Positions 41,480 to 54,800 of a stretch of DNA of 64,000 nt are shown piece after piece. Both the position numbers and the translations under genes were made by a program. The notes below the pieces were generated by a model, which saw nothing but the letters and a program-made list of their open reading frames with translations, had not been told where the DNA came from and searched no databases. Within the stretch, counting starts at the first letter, position 1. Each line of letters starts with the position of its first letter. The stretch spans positions 1,373,319 to 1,437,318 of the forward strand of contig JAQGDQ010000014.1 of the NCBI GenBank assembly GCA_030141605.1, read 5' to 3'. This DNA comes from Tubiluchus corallicola (lineage: Eukaryota; Animalia; Priapulida).

Positions 41480-42330
41480 CAAAGATGAATTACTAGAAGC
41501 ATTATGAAGACATTACACGCTTAGAAGTTATCACATATCGAACTCATTTGCTTAGGCTAAACATTATTGAAGGGATACTTGACAGGTGTGAACAATGCTT
41601 TATTTTTCTTTTGCTGAGATTTATACAGATTAATCCTGACATTTTCCAAATAACATTCACACCGTCATGGGGGTCTTGCCATTGATAATTTTGTAGAATT
41701 GAACAAGTTTGTACCTTGTACACCTAACATGAAAAGGTAGGAGTCCCACTTTTGCGTAAAATCAACCATGAGAAGTTCCTCTGACATATCCTGTCATTAT
41801 ACGGAAGGCGTTCAGTTGAATTCCTTCTAGCTGGGAAGACTGTGTAGCTGTTCAATTATCCCATATACAACATGCATATTCTAAAATACGTCTTATGAAG
41901 CTGATATATAAGATCCTGAGAGCTTTCAAGCAGTAGCTAGTATTTAAAGCCTCAAATTAAGAGTCTTCCAGCAAGAAACAACGCCTTTAATGACTACTCG
42001 TCATTAAGACAAGGAAGAAACCATTTGAGATATGCCGAAGTTTTCAAGCTTTGACGGAGACCTTTGTGCCAAACCTTACCAAATGCTTTCGATACATCAC
42101 TAAAATTACTCTGACATCCTTGGAATTATCTAGAGCTTCTACAATGAAATTACAAAGTAAAGAGCTGATTAGTATTTGAATGAAGCCAAACTGAAAGGAA
42201 GTTAGTATGTTGTCCAGGTTTAGGTAATTAAATAAGTGAATGTGAATTCATCTAACAAAGACTTTGGAGATAGAGGCATTATTAGTATCCTTTTATTAGA
42301 GGCAGAATTAGTATCGTTGTTTTTCTTTCT
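41480..42330 (-). mobile_element. Degenerate LINE RT / 3' fragment
   Basis: Minus-strand SFQFGF, DVSKAFGKVWHKGL, YISFIRRILEYACCIWD. Confidence 0.7.
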
Positions 42331-42355
42331 TTGGGTATAGAATATGCAGGCTATG

Positions 42356-42700
42356 TCACACGGCCAAAAATCTGGATTTAAAGACAATTTTTAAATCTTT
42401 TTTGTATATTGTAACTTTATACGATTTAAATTTGGCACCAATGCGCGAGATTTTAGAAAAATATCTTACTTGAACATCTTGCAATGTTAGTATATCAACA
42501 ACATCGGCAGTTTCTTTTATCACTCGAAAAATAAACAAGTCTTGTGTTCGCGTTTCTCCATGTATGTCACTGTTTTTGTTTGTTCTCATTATCACTTTGC
42601 ATTTTTGCCTTTTCTTCTTGAATTTTCGGCCGATCCTTTAGAATTTGAAAGCCATCGAAATCAGCGTCACTTTGGCGATTCATGCCTATCGAGTTCAAAA
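42356..42700 (-). mobile_element. CR1-type ORF1 C-terminal remnant
   Basis: DLFIFRVIKET...KFKSYKVTIYKKDLKIVFKSRF resembles the CR1 ORF1 C-terminal pattern; adjoins the RT fragment. Confidence 0.45.
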
Positions 42701-45700
42701 CAGTGCAGTGTTTTTTTTCTGTAATGTGGGATTTTTATATATAACGTACCACTGTATATTGTTGAAACTGCTTTACTAAGCTTTTGGTATAATAGACGCA
42801 AGTCAATATTGTGATTAGTATAGTCACGTATTGGGTGGGGCGGTATTTGGGTGTTCCCCACCTTTTTTGCCTTGCTATATTGAATGTATTGTCATTTTAA
42901 TAAATGACCTCATTTTATCAACTAATTTCATTCTTGGTGCTTTTGCAAAAAAAAACAGCCAGGTTCAGCCAATTTTACCATTAGGTCGGTTTTATGAACA
43001 TTAGCTTACAAAAAATCCTTTACATCAACACTTTTTTGAATGTTGGCAACAGTATCGAACCAGGTCAGCCAAAAGAAATGAACTACAAATACCGTTATAC
43101 CGAACGCAAGCTGGTCAAAAACATATAAAACAAAAGGGCACTAAAGTACGGAAAACTCTGCAAAATGAATTAAGAAGTAGTAGCAATATTAATTTGTTAT
43201 ATATAAAGGTCATATATATTTGTGTTATATATTTGTTATATATAATAATATAAAGGTCGCCTTAAAGCTTTTTATCAAGAGAGTTATTTAAATGAATTGT
43301 TTGTGATTTTTAATTGCGTCTTCTTGAACTACATTTAAATTTTGACTTGTTTTCTTTCTTGTTCAGTGTTTTTGGTATTAGCCTGAATATTGTTTGTGAA
43401 TTTTGTTTTTCAGTATATTTACTTTTAATATTATTGTTTTATTTGATTTGTATTAGCTATGTTCTATATGATATTTTTTCACTTGCTTGTAATTTTAGCT
43501 TTCTTTTAGCTTTTGATTTTTTGGATTTTTATTGTAAATACTTTTATTATTGATTTAATTTGCCTTTGTTTCTGCTTTTTTAACTGTGCATTATTATATT
43601 TTTTCAATTGCTTGTATTTTTATTTAACCCCTTTTTAACATGTCAAAACTTTTTGCTTTATTTGCTTATTTTAAGTTCTTTTGCGATTGCAATCTTAACT
43701 TTCTTTCTGATGTTTCTGCTTATTTCCTGTACGTTTCAAGTCACAATGTTTGCACGATTTTTGAGTATGTCTGCAAATTTTTATGTTTGTGTTCTTACAT
43801 GTATTTATTTTTCTTAATTTTAAATTTAAAACCACCAATCAGTAAACGAGCTTTGCTCAATCAAGTTTTCCTGAATAAATATCTTTACTTATCGTATCTT
43901 ATTTTTATTGTAAATTTGCCGCTGGAGAAATAATCGTTTTCATAATTAGAACTCAGTAGAAGTGAATACCCACGCTATGATATCTCGGCAAAAATCTCTT
44001 TTGGTGGTTTTATCTTGTAAGTTTGTTTTACCGATTTTGATTACTTCGGAACTTTTAGATTTTGATCTTTGCCCTTTCGACATTAAAATCAGTGGATTCT
44101 AGCTTTTTCCAGGACCTATCTTTGTGCAAAGGTTAGTAATTCAACAGGTAAATTCAACTCAAATGGAGCAGCCATGATTACTGTATTCTGCAACAAGCAC
44201 AAGCTTAACAACATGTATACTTGCACTTACAATTTACACGCCCTGTGAATTTACAGGCCATTGAAATTGTGCTAGCCTTTGGCTTTAACAAGGCTTTGGG
44301 CAAAAATAAACTGGTTTCCTCCTTTATGCACAGGGATTACTTCGGGGATGATTTGTTGTCATAAGCTTGAACTTATAGCTAGGGGTGAAGTTATAGCTTG
44401 CCGCTCTTTAGCCTCACCTCTTACATTAACTGCACGTGCGTATGCCTATGTGCACGTGCTAAGTCCTGCGTGGACATGTATATAAAAGGGTATGAAATAT
44501 TGGTAGCTAAGTAGTCTTAACCGCTACCATGCAAAGAGTTGGTTAGGAAATGCATGTTTGTTCACTCAAATGAGTATATTGCATAGTATTTAAAGTAAAA
44601 ACTAACAAAGTTTTAAAACTATGAATACGCTAATAATATTGAGTCATAAACTATTATTACTCAAATTTTAATCTTAACTAGCTGCACTGTATGTTCCCCT
44701 ATACCAATAACCTATGCCTAACACCTATAAAATAATAATACTGCCATTTAATGAGTAAAACTGTTAGTAACAACATGAAACGTCGGGCCTAGGACCAAAT
44801 TAAGGACACAGCATGTAGTGTTTTTTCTATCCAGCTGAATTAACCATCATATTATCTATTTATTTATTTATTATTTATAACATAGAGGAATGGTACATAT
44901 TAGTAAAGGGATACAAACGCATAGCATCACAAAATTGTCAATAGTAGAAAACATTTATATATACATTAAATTGTCAAAATTAATGTCAATAATCGCCAGG
45001 TTAATATTTAATAATAATTGAGACCATTTAAATCTTTTGAGTGAGATTTTTGTACGGAACGCCATTTACATATACCATTATCATCATCGCAAAGATCGCT
45101 TTTATCTCAGTTTAGATGTGGCATTTTTACTCTAAAAATTGAGCCATGGACTTTGCTCCGCAAGAATGGATATGCGAAATGTGTAATGTGTAATTTAGGC
45201 AAAATAAAAAACGACACATTTTCTTCCCGATTGCTCTTTCTACAATACACAAAGAAGTGATTTATATCAAAAATGTCGTAACACTGCACAAAATTTCATG
45301 CAACTAATGAATGCTGAAGGATGTGCTTTTATTCTGAATGCTGATCTTTCAACTCGAAGCCTTGTTCGCTTTATACAAATTTGATGCCTCAATACTTAAA
45401 AAGAAGTTCATAAGTAATAATAGTCAGTTTGTGTAACATTTTCTAGAATTGTTAAGTAATCTTGTACCATCTGTAGAATAATATGATCCGTATGAATTTT
45501 GTTACGTGTACACTTGAAGGAAATTTTTTGGTCTTAGTACACAATGACTTGTAAGCCTAAATGACTGGGGTTATGTCTACAGTTTTGTCGTGCACAGAAT
45601 TGTTAGTTTAGTTTAGTTTATTTTTTCCAGTGCCATAATTACAACATTGTTACATATTTTACAAAGAAGCTGTTACTACAACAAATAAACAAAATTTAAA

Positions 45701-45911
45701 TTCACCATATACTGATACCTCGAATGTTGGGCTTATCCATTAACTAGCCAGCGATTAGTGAAAGCTCTTTGACGACTTACGGGTTCACCCGAATAAATTA
45801 TTTGCTTATTATTGGATAACTTCAAATAGATTTAATAAAGTTCTGCGTCATTTATTGGGCTGCGTATTACGTACCTCGATATCACGTGGAGTAAAATATT
45901 ACCTTATCTTT

Positions 45912-45936
45912 GGGCTTGCTTTGTTGCAGTAAGTAC

Positions 45937-45969
<33 letters not shown>

Positions 45970-46023
45970 AGGCCATCTGGCGCAAGTATGACACACAAAT
46001 CTGTGAAGTGTTCCAAATTTTTT
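45912..46023 (+). pseudogene. U6: Full-length divergent U6 snRNA copy
   Basis: ACTAAAATTGGAACGATACAGAGAAGATTAGCA core is identical to U6; T-run at the end; many substitutions in the 5' stem-loop, ISL and 3' region. Confidence 0.88.
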
Positions 46024-48169
46024 ATTATGACATGTAGTATTTCTTATTTTTTAGTGGAAATTTTTAACTTTCATATGACATTTTCATGTGCTGAAATAAA
46101 ATTTAAATAAATAAAAAAAATTTACAACATAAGCTATGCATTACCTTAAGAACAAAAACTGCTCAAAAGGTGAAAGAATGGAAGCACCTTCGCAGTTAAA
46201 AGACACAAAATCCAAATGCAAATGTTGTTTAGCCTTGCCAGTTCATATGAAAAGGCTAAATTATTTTGACACGTAAATTTTATACCATGTGTCTATGAAA
46301 GGCCGCAGTAGTAGGAAAAAAAACAGTGGTCAAGGAAATGTGTTGATTCCATCGAGACGTGGTCGCATGCACTGTTCACTTTCAAAATTTCATATTTTAG
46401 CGTCCAGTTTCTAAATTTGTGACCGAATCTCTTAAAAGATGGTAACAAAAACAGTACGAATGACTTCTAGTCATTAATTGTTTTCCTTTTCATTCATATG
46501 TAAGTTTGATGGTGTCTCTTCATTGGACACTGCATTCTTATGCTTAATTATTGTATTTGGTTAAAAGTTGCGCAATTAAAAATTAACATGTCTGCGTACT
46601 GTTATAGAAAGCAGTTGCCCAACTAGATGTTTGAGCCAGATTGCAACTTTTAATTTAATATGTCTGCACGCTCTCAAAGAATTCAGTTATTTACAAATTT
46701 TACAACTGAAAATTGCATGTCGGGGCACAGCTTTATGCTAAGGATTAATAACAATTAGAGTCTTTTAAATGTATTACTTATAATGCAAAAGCCAAACAAA
46801 TGATTCGATCTCTCTTCTTGAATAACGCAAAAGTTCACAAGCAACGTAGGCCCTATTTGCTTACATATTGCAGGTCAGCCAGTAGTTACAGAAAATGTTG
46901 AACTTCTACGAAGGTTTTGTATGAAGTCGCAGCCTTCCAGCTAATACATCTTGTGCGATAAACTATTGTATGTATTTAAAAGGTATGTTTTATTTTCAAT
47001 TGCATACATTGCCAGTAACAGGGTGTTTTCGTTTTCCTGTATAAAATTTTCCTATTATCAGAACACATTTTCGTCTTTACAAAGATGTCACAGCAGTTCA
47101 TTTAGATAGCTTTTACCTCATTTCGGGCTAAAACTATACGTTTTGTAAGTAGCTACTTTGTCGGCATTGCAAACACACTTTCGGATTTCCCAAAATGCTT
47201 TTTTATCTTTCTCATGTACCATCAAGAGAACGCATTTAAATCATTAAGTTAATATTTGTGTCGACAACTACGGCCAAGCTTAGGTCGTCTAACAGAAAGC
47301 GGTCCAAGGCGCACCTATATCAGAAGCTACATAATAAACAATCGTGGTATCTTTCTTTATTACATTTACCATTTTTAGTTCTGCTCCAACAGAATTAGAA
47401 TTTTCACACTGAACTTTAGTAGCGTTTTGTATATTTTATTTTTCTATTAGTAACTAATAAGCGGAAAATAGTGATACTCTCATTATGAACGTTATACAGC
47501 ATTTCTGTCATTTTTCTGCCTTGTACCTTATCAACGTGGCGCTGAAAACAGATAGCATTGTAATCTGCCGTAGTGGGAAGACCGTTCGCAACACTGGTGT
47601 CAGAAGTAGGTTTAGAACTGAAATGGAAGTCTTGATTTCAAATCTGTATCGCACTAGACGGGTGCTGCCCTCTGAGGCCAGCAAGTAGTTGCCTGTCAGA
47701 TGATTTCATGATAGGTGAGTATCTGGCTATGAACTGCTGCTGACAGTTGGCGTTAGCTTGTTGGATTTGGTCGCTTTTAAATGTAGAACTTATGTTTTGT
47801 TGAGTAAACTGTTTCCTGCAGTCTGCAATTGCAACGGGTGTTGACGTCAGTTTTGTTGTTACAGTTGCGACTGTTCTAATGTTTGGGCAAGGATGTAAGT
47901 AATTTTACTTATACTAAAATTAATACTTTAATAATTTTTGCAATATTGATTATCTACTTGATTTAGCTGTACAATCAAACCTCTTTACACAGCCTACGTC
48001 GGAATTGCAATTACTACGTCAAAAAAGTTGTAGTTAAATTGTTTAAAAGGTGTTTAGCATTCTTGGCCATGAGTGAAACGTGTCATGCATGCTACATTCA
48101 TTGCCCAAATAATGTTGCAGATAAGTGATATGTAGTTGAGAATTGACAAATAAACTCAGAAAAAATAAA

Positions 48170-48420
48170 AAGTTAAACAGCAAAACAAAGTAAGACCTAG
48201 CCAGAATCTTTCCCTGCGTTCCGCATGCTGATTATAATTACGAACAGGTGCTTTGAAGGTACACGCACCTGTCAGTCGAGAGACCATTCCACGCCGGTTA
48301 CTTATAGCAGCTATGCAAGGCCGATATGTTTAGTTTTGCACGGACGAGTACTGTCACCATGTAAAGGGGGTCGAAAATAAATGCAATTTCGTCCCTTTAA
48401 CAATGCCTTTCTCGGCAGAA
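48170..48420 (+). repeat. Dispersed repeat family C copy
   Basis: AAGTTAAACAG..TAGCCAGAAT..CATGCTGATTATAATTACG..GGTACACGCACCT is also present at 49426-49535. Confidence 0.75.
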
Positions 48421-49425
48421 AATAGTTCGTCCTCGAACCAAAGTAAAGTGCGCAGGAGAAAAACAGTTTTTTTATTGAACATTGCAAATCGCTAACATTG
48501 CAAGTTAAGTACCAAATTTTCGATGAATAACGCCTAAAAAGTTTTTACTATGAAAATGTTCAAGAGAGCATAACGCTGCCGAAGTTTTAATTACAAGTTG
48601 TTTCAAAGTTAACTAAGAAAATTTTGCCTGCAAATTAGAGTAATTGAAAATTGAAATTTTTTTCTGTTAATGAAATTTAAAAAAGATTATATGACTGAAG
48701 TTGAATACAGTTAACGCTTGGAGAGCTGGCTCTGTCCGTGCCGATTTAGCAAACATGGTCCATCCTCAATATACGGTCCAGTGTAACGTAGAAAATGAAG
48801 GCGCCCGGATGGTGTCCATGGTAAGATTCAATTCGCTCACGTCCTACTCCAAGGATGCTCAAGCGGTTGTTCACATTGTCTATTCCAATCCTACATCCCA
48901 CCACTGGCCTACTTTCAAGATGGTTGTTAGTTGGGAAGCCTCGCGCAGAACCACTTCGTACTGCTCGTATCGTTCTTTAAGTCGCAATTTGACGGTCTGT
49001 TCCGCAATAACACTAGTCTGCAAGTACTGCTACTATCGAAAGCTGAACTTCGGACATCGTGGGCTGGCTACTTCATCCTCTTCACTCTGACACCATCCTT
49101 AGTGTTTCTTGAACCTGTTCTTGGTTTGACTATGTCTGCACAATGATATAGGTACTCATATCGAAACTTGTATCAACACAGTTAAAGTAGTAGTCCAGAA
49201 AAGTGCTACTAAACCTTTACAATATACACAGTTCCTGTGTACAGCAAACAAAAAATCAGAAACGTCTTAGCTTCTTGAGACTGAGGCCTCATAATCGATT
49301 CAAGAAGATAATGAACTGATAGCAATGTTGCGATTCCGGCCAGGAGGTCCAGTGCTTATATCTGGATCGTTCACATAATGCTGGAGATAAGAGTTGTACT
49401 TGAGAAATCAACTTAGGAAAGTACA

Positions 49426-49690
49426 AAGTTAAACAGGACATTAAAGTAAAAAATAGCCAGAATTTTCTCCTGTGTTCCTCATGCTAATTATAATTACGGA
49501 ACTGGTGCTTAGATGGTACACGCACCTATCGGTCTGTTTATTGAAATTTACTGAACCGGCAAGCCTATTCCAAACCAGCTATTTGAAACTGCTATGCAAT
49601 GACTTCATACAAACAAGAACCATTACAGTGTAGTGGGAGATGTGAAGTAAAATGCGCTTCGCCACCGTAACACTATGCATCATAACCCAG
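49426..49690 (+). repeat. Dispersed repeat family C copy
   Basis: Direct similarity to 48170-48420. Confidence 0.75.
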
Positions 49691-50163
49691 ATTTCCCACA
49701 AGTCACACACGGGGGTGGTAAAGTTTTTGCAGTAGTAAGTAATTTCAGTATTTTAAGTACTCATGCAACATAGTAACAAATACATCATAAAATTTTATTA
49801 CAGTATATTATTACAGCACAAATTTTAAATAAATCGAAACCTAAAATGTGCTATAGTCGTTTTAAACAGTTTCAAAGAAAACTCTTCAGCCGCATGTCTT
49901 TAATCCTTTCACTAAACTGCATCTAGCTTACAGTCCTAGACCTTATTATAGCACCAATATTAACAACACAAGGAAAGCACAAAATACTGTACAATAATAA
50001 TAAGCTTAACAACTGCTATTGATATTTTACATAAGAACATTGGCACAACTTTTTACACAAATATTTATGTTTCTTCACACGATTTCGCAAAAACTCGTTC
50101 GCACCAAATTGTTCATCTACTTTCTATACAGGAACACGAACAAAGAGCTGTTTCTGTTGCTCG

Positions 50164-50777
50164 TTACACATACCATTCCTTCACATCCTTTAAATCTTTT
50201 TTCTTTGTTAGTTTGCCTAGTTTGCTATTTACTCCACCATTTGTTCGTGATGCCATTATGACTGTTGCTAGAGGCGGGGTAAACTGAAAGTTTTTGTCTT
50301 CATTTACTTTGCACACAGCATCTTTTTTGCTGCACATTTTGTACAATACTAGTATAAGCACAAACATGGCTAAGAGAATGGCCCCTACTATGCCTACTAT
50401 CAAGGCAAGATTTCCTTGTGTTTCTTCTGGTTTTTCTTCGCTGGCCTCTTTGCGTCCATGATCATTTTCGGTGGGCGAATTAGTGGACTTCTTCTTGTTA
50501 GAGTACTCTGTTATTGTTTCAATAACAAAAATGTCTTCCGTGGTTACCTCTGGTTTCTCTGAGGTGATAGTCAGTGAGACCGGGCTGCTACTGTTGCTGA
50601 TAAAAAAATCGTCCAAAGGAGTGGTTTTTACTGTTGAGATACTTGCCGTTGGCGTAGTCATTACCAGGCTTGCTTTTGATAACTTTGTCGGTTGCGTTGT
50701 TGTTGACCTCTCTGCTGGCATGAACGACTCTAATGCCTTCATCATTACATTTGTGTCGGGTTCTGCATATAGCTCAC
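50164..50777 (-). CDS. NRXN: Neurexin terminal exon (S/T-rich stalk, TM helix, cytoplasmic tail with PDZ ligand)
   Basis: ttatttttag|GT GAG CTA...; TM LALIVGIVGAILLAMFVLILVLY; ends KKKDLKDVKEWYV*, the protostome neurexin-1 type C-terminus. Confidence 0.9.
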
Positions 50778-50829
50778 CTAAAAATAAATTGTAATATCCA
50801 CTATAAGTTTCTGTACTAAATCCTTATTC

Positions 50830-51475
50830 GGCGTATTTCACAGTGAGGACTCGCAGCAAATTCTTCGAGCAATTCCTCGTGAGGAATTCTGCTGCCAGTC
50901 CTCCCCGTGAGGGCTTTTGCCGCATGGTAGAAATACTGCGTGTTCCATTTTCGTGAAGAATCCTGGCGATATTCACTCTTAAATTTAACTACTCAATTAT
51001 TTCTTTCTTATTTAACAAATTACAATTAACACATTTCAGTATAAAATTATAAGATGTGATCTCTCTTTTAACAGACGTATGATTTTATGTTTTATTAATG
51101 CAACATCGATGGCCATATTCGTGAAAAAGAAAAACAACGCATGCATACACTTATTTTATATATGTATATTTTCAGATTTAGAAATGGTTAGTAGAACTTT
51201 ACTAAAAAACAAAAGGTTTGACATTACATTGATTAACATCATTAATTGTACTTTGTATATGAGAAATACGGCAAGTATAACTTAATTTAGACATCGTTAT
51301 GCAGTATAAAACTCGCAAACTGGATGCGCGGAAAAAAGCCACACGGTTTCACTTTGAAATGAACTTTCTTGCTGCATGGCACTTCGAGAAAAGCGGACAT
51401 TTTCAGAAATTCTTCTAATTTTCTAACAGCAATTCCGTACGCCAGTTTTCCTTGCCTCCGACTGTGAAACGGGCC
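50830..51475 (-). mobile_element. Harbinger-like MITE family A, copy 2 (both TIRs present)
   Basis: GGCGTATTTCACAGTG ... ACTGTGAAACGGGCC; body matches 3010-3640 in reverse. Confidence 0.75.
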
Positions 51476-54400
51476 TGAGTCGAGAATTTTTACTTCTGTT
51501 AAACACAAACACCTAACCAGTTAGAACAGCGGAACTTCTGAGTCAACTGCAGAAGTTTTAATACGCGCGCCTTCGTCCTGTCCAACTGCTTGTGTAATTT
51601 GAAACCAATTTTTTTCAAGCAGCGAGGTTCATTTGGCGCAAGGTAACAATGATTTAAGTTTCTTTTGTACTCTTAAGCACGACAATATATCATGTTGGAG
51701 GGTTGATTTTTATTTTAGAGGAAAACAGGATTATTTTTCGTATCCTAACTCATTTTGAAGTATGGCAAAAACATACATTTCAAGACCTGAAATAATGCCA
51801 AAGCGTTTCCAATAATAATAGGTTAAAAATTTAATTAACGGCAGGCGAGCCCAACTAACGATGACATCACAACTGAACATAAATTTCAGCAGCACAAATG
51901 TTCCACGAGCATGTTGCACAACGCAGCACGTGTTTGTGAAAGCGAAAATTGAAGGACAACGCTGCCGCACAACATTCAGTGTGATACAAACACTCGGCAA
52001 ATTTTAAGTTTAAAATTCAAATTTCAACATTAATGTTTGTGCTAACACGTGAACTCTGTAGCGTGCACGCTACATACGAACGCAATGAACACCTCTGAAC
52101 TGAAACGTACAGCAACCGTTTTTCCGAGATGCAGGAGCCAGTATCCATTTAACTAACAAATGGCAAAATACATGTAATGGCAATCACGTTAGTCATTCTT
52201 GAAAAAAAGATGGATTTTGCTTTAAATTCTACAAAATTATTTTAGTGCATGGCATTTGCACAACACAGTCCTGAACAAAAGAAAATTAATACGTTAGTAA
52301 ATTTCAAAACTGAATATTAAAGTTCATGGGCTAGGCTAGATATGTGCATCATCTCAGGCGACAAATTCTAATTGCAATTTTTTATTTCTTATACATCTTG
52401 AACCTTACCAGATCATAGCTAATTATCAATACCGTTAGATTTGGCAAATAATTCGAGAAAGCCTGGGATTTTAGCATTACATGAATTGACAACATATCTT
52501 AGCATGCAGGAGAAGAAGCCATTGCTACGGTGATGAGGCAAAGATTATTTGCTTTAAAAACTGTATAGTGACAGCTATAGAGAATACCATTAAATAGTAG
52601 TCTTATACTAAAACTTTTACTTTGCTTTTACTTTAAAGGAAAACGGGATAATTTTTCATATCCTAACTCATTTTGAGAAGCTAAGTAAGAATCGCCTTAA
52701 AGAAAGCCTTAAAACCTTACAAAAAACCACCTGGCAAACCTAAAACATCTTGGATAGCTAAGATAAATAAAGATGTTCAACAACTTCAACCAAATCTATC
52801 TTTACGAGTAGAAGATTTTGCGTTTCTTAGCTGCAGATAGAAGTGGATGGAATACTCTGATAAACGTTGATACCTCAATGCCGACACTGGGTGGAATGAG
52901 ACTTCGCAGAAGAAGAAGAAGATGCTAAAACTACATAGCTTTAGAAAAAATTTTATACGAACAAAATATTAATAATTATTAATACACTTTGCATGTGCAA
53001 GTTACCACATTTATCCATAGTTTGGTGCAGGAAACTTCCTAGAAGATGCATTTTGGAAAAAATATTCTGATTATCATAAGAATTGCATGTAAAATGAGGG
53101 AGTATAAAGTCAGGCTTAACGAGCAAATATCTGGAAGCAGGAAATTTATGTTGAACTTTGATACGTTGTCTACATCACCATCTACAAAACTTTTTGGAAC
53201 ATGCATTTTGAAACAGTTCTGCGCCGAACTCATTTTAACTAGTTGCCATGGTTGCAAAATGAAAAAAAAACATTTTCAGATGTCCAGAAAAACGTGCACC
53301 ATAGTCAAGCCAAGCAGAAAGCAAACAGGAATTTGTTCGGCCATATGGTTTTAGTGGTCCAGAGCCATATGAGTGGCGTTTTCGTAAAAAACAAATAAAG
53401 CAGCTTTAACCAGAGAATTAGAAAAGACAGTTTCCCTGGCAGCCGTAATCTCATTTCCATCAACAACAGTAACAGATGGCATGGGCCAGGTGCGGACGAT
53501 GAAGAGGAATGTCGAAACATGTGCAGAAATAGCAGACTCTATTCTAGCCAAGGTGCTGCTCGAGGAGGCAAGAGTGATTGTATGCTGCTGAATTCGACTG
53601 GACTTCGGAGTCAGTGGGTCGAACCTCAGGATAGCCTGGCGGCCTTTTAATCCCCCATTATGATGACCCATTTTGTACAGTTGCGCTTTTGATAATGTAA
53701 TTAATTATCCAACGAATGGCATCGTATGAAATTCTCTAGACGTAATTGCAAGACGAAAAATATTTCCTTCACTAATTTTGTGTCTTCTTGAGAGTAACGG
53801 CATAATTATGTCGAAGTCATATGTCGTAGGTCCGTTTTCAATTTAAAGGAAACAAAGTTATTAGAATTTTACTGTGATCTTGTGTTCTTTTAAGAAAAAG
53901 TGTCCTGCGACAGTAACACTATTACATAGCTGATTACAATGGTTCGTAGAATAATATTAAAAAAACTTCTAATACATACATGTTTACAACAAGTGCGCAG
54001 CTTCTTCAATTGTTATGCAAAAATTTGCCATAATATGGCTTTTTAGGGTTGGTCCCAGAAATGGGCTCGTACCAGTAATAAGTTAAAATTTGGCAAGGTC
54101 CAATATTCAACAATATAATCAAGCGATGTAGAAGGAATAAAATATTACTATTAGAATTTGTCCCCCGCAAGATGAAACTAATACGTGAAATTCTAGGCTT
54201 TGGCCCAAAGACTGTTTTTGGCTACGTGAGCAGTCACCCTTGAAATACACATCACTGCTGGACTTTTCATGTGTATCTAACGCCATCAAGACTAGGTTAT
54301 CAAATGCAGGTAGAAAAACGTTTGTCACATTCACTGGTTGCCATAATTACTGTTTGCCTAAGCAATGAGACTAATGACAGGGCTAGATTGGAGAACAGAT

Positions 54401-54530
54401 TGGTAAATCTGAGTAGCCATTTCTTACAACCGTACACCCGTGAGCTGATTCTTTTAACTTAACTAACAAACCGTTATTACACCCTGTTAAATTGTTACTG
54501 CTACTGCAGCATTTGTAAACTTATTTATAC

Positions 54531-54800
54531 CTGATCCGGAAGTACATAGCTCCTCATCGTCACAGCCAGAACCTTCAAAAGAATCCTGCCGTGCAGTGTT
54601 AGTGGATGGCACACTCATGTCTGTGCGAGGTATTTTTGTTGCAGTTGGCAATGGTTTAACCGTCCATATTTTACCGGAAGTGGTGCGCGTTGACGGAGGT
54701 ACAAACGTTGTTGTATGTTTAGATGTTGATGATACTGCAGTTGTCATCACGGGCTTTTCCGTTGTGACCTGCACCAAGGCTGGAGCTATCAATTCATCAC
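54531..54800 (-). CDS. NRXN: Neurexin stalk exon, 270 nt, phase 1-1
   Basis: catttctag|GT GAT GAA TTG = GDELIAP...T-rich...EGSGCDDEELCTSGS G|gtataa; in frame with both neighbouring exons. Confidence 0.88.

Noticed and set aside
43250-44140. Hydrophobic plus-strand ORFs as membrane proteins
   Set aside because: T-rich antisense of an A-rich minus-strand tract, possibly a LINE remnant; no assignable motif.
50164-50777. Syndecan assignment
   Set aside because: Lacks the syndecan C1/EFYA tail; KEWYV plus the upstream Cys-loop exons indicate neurexin.
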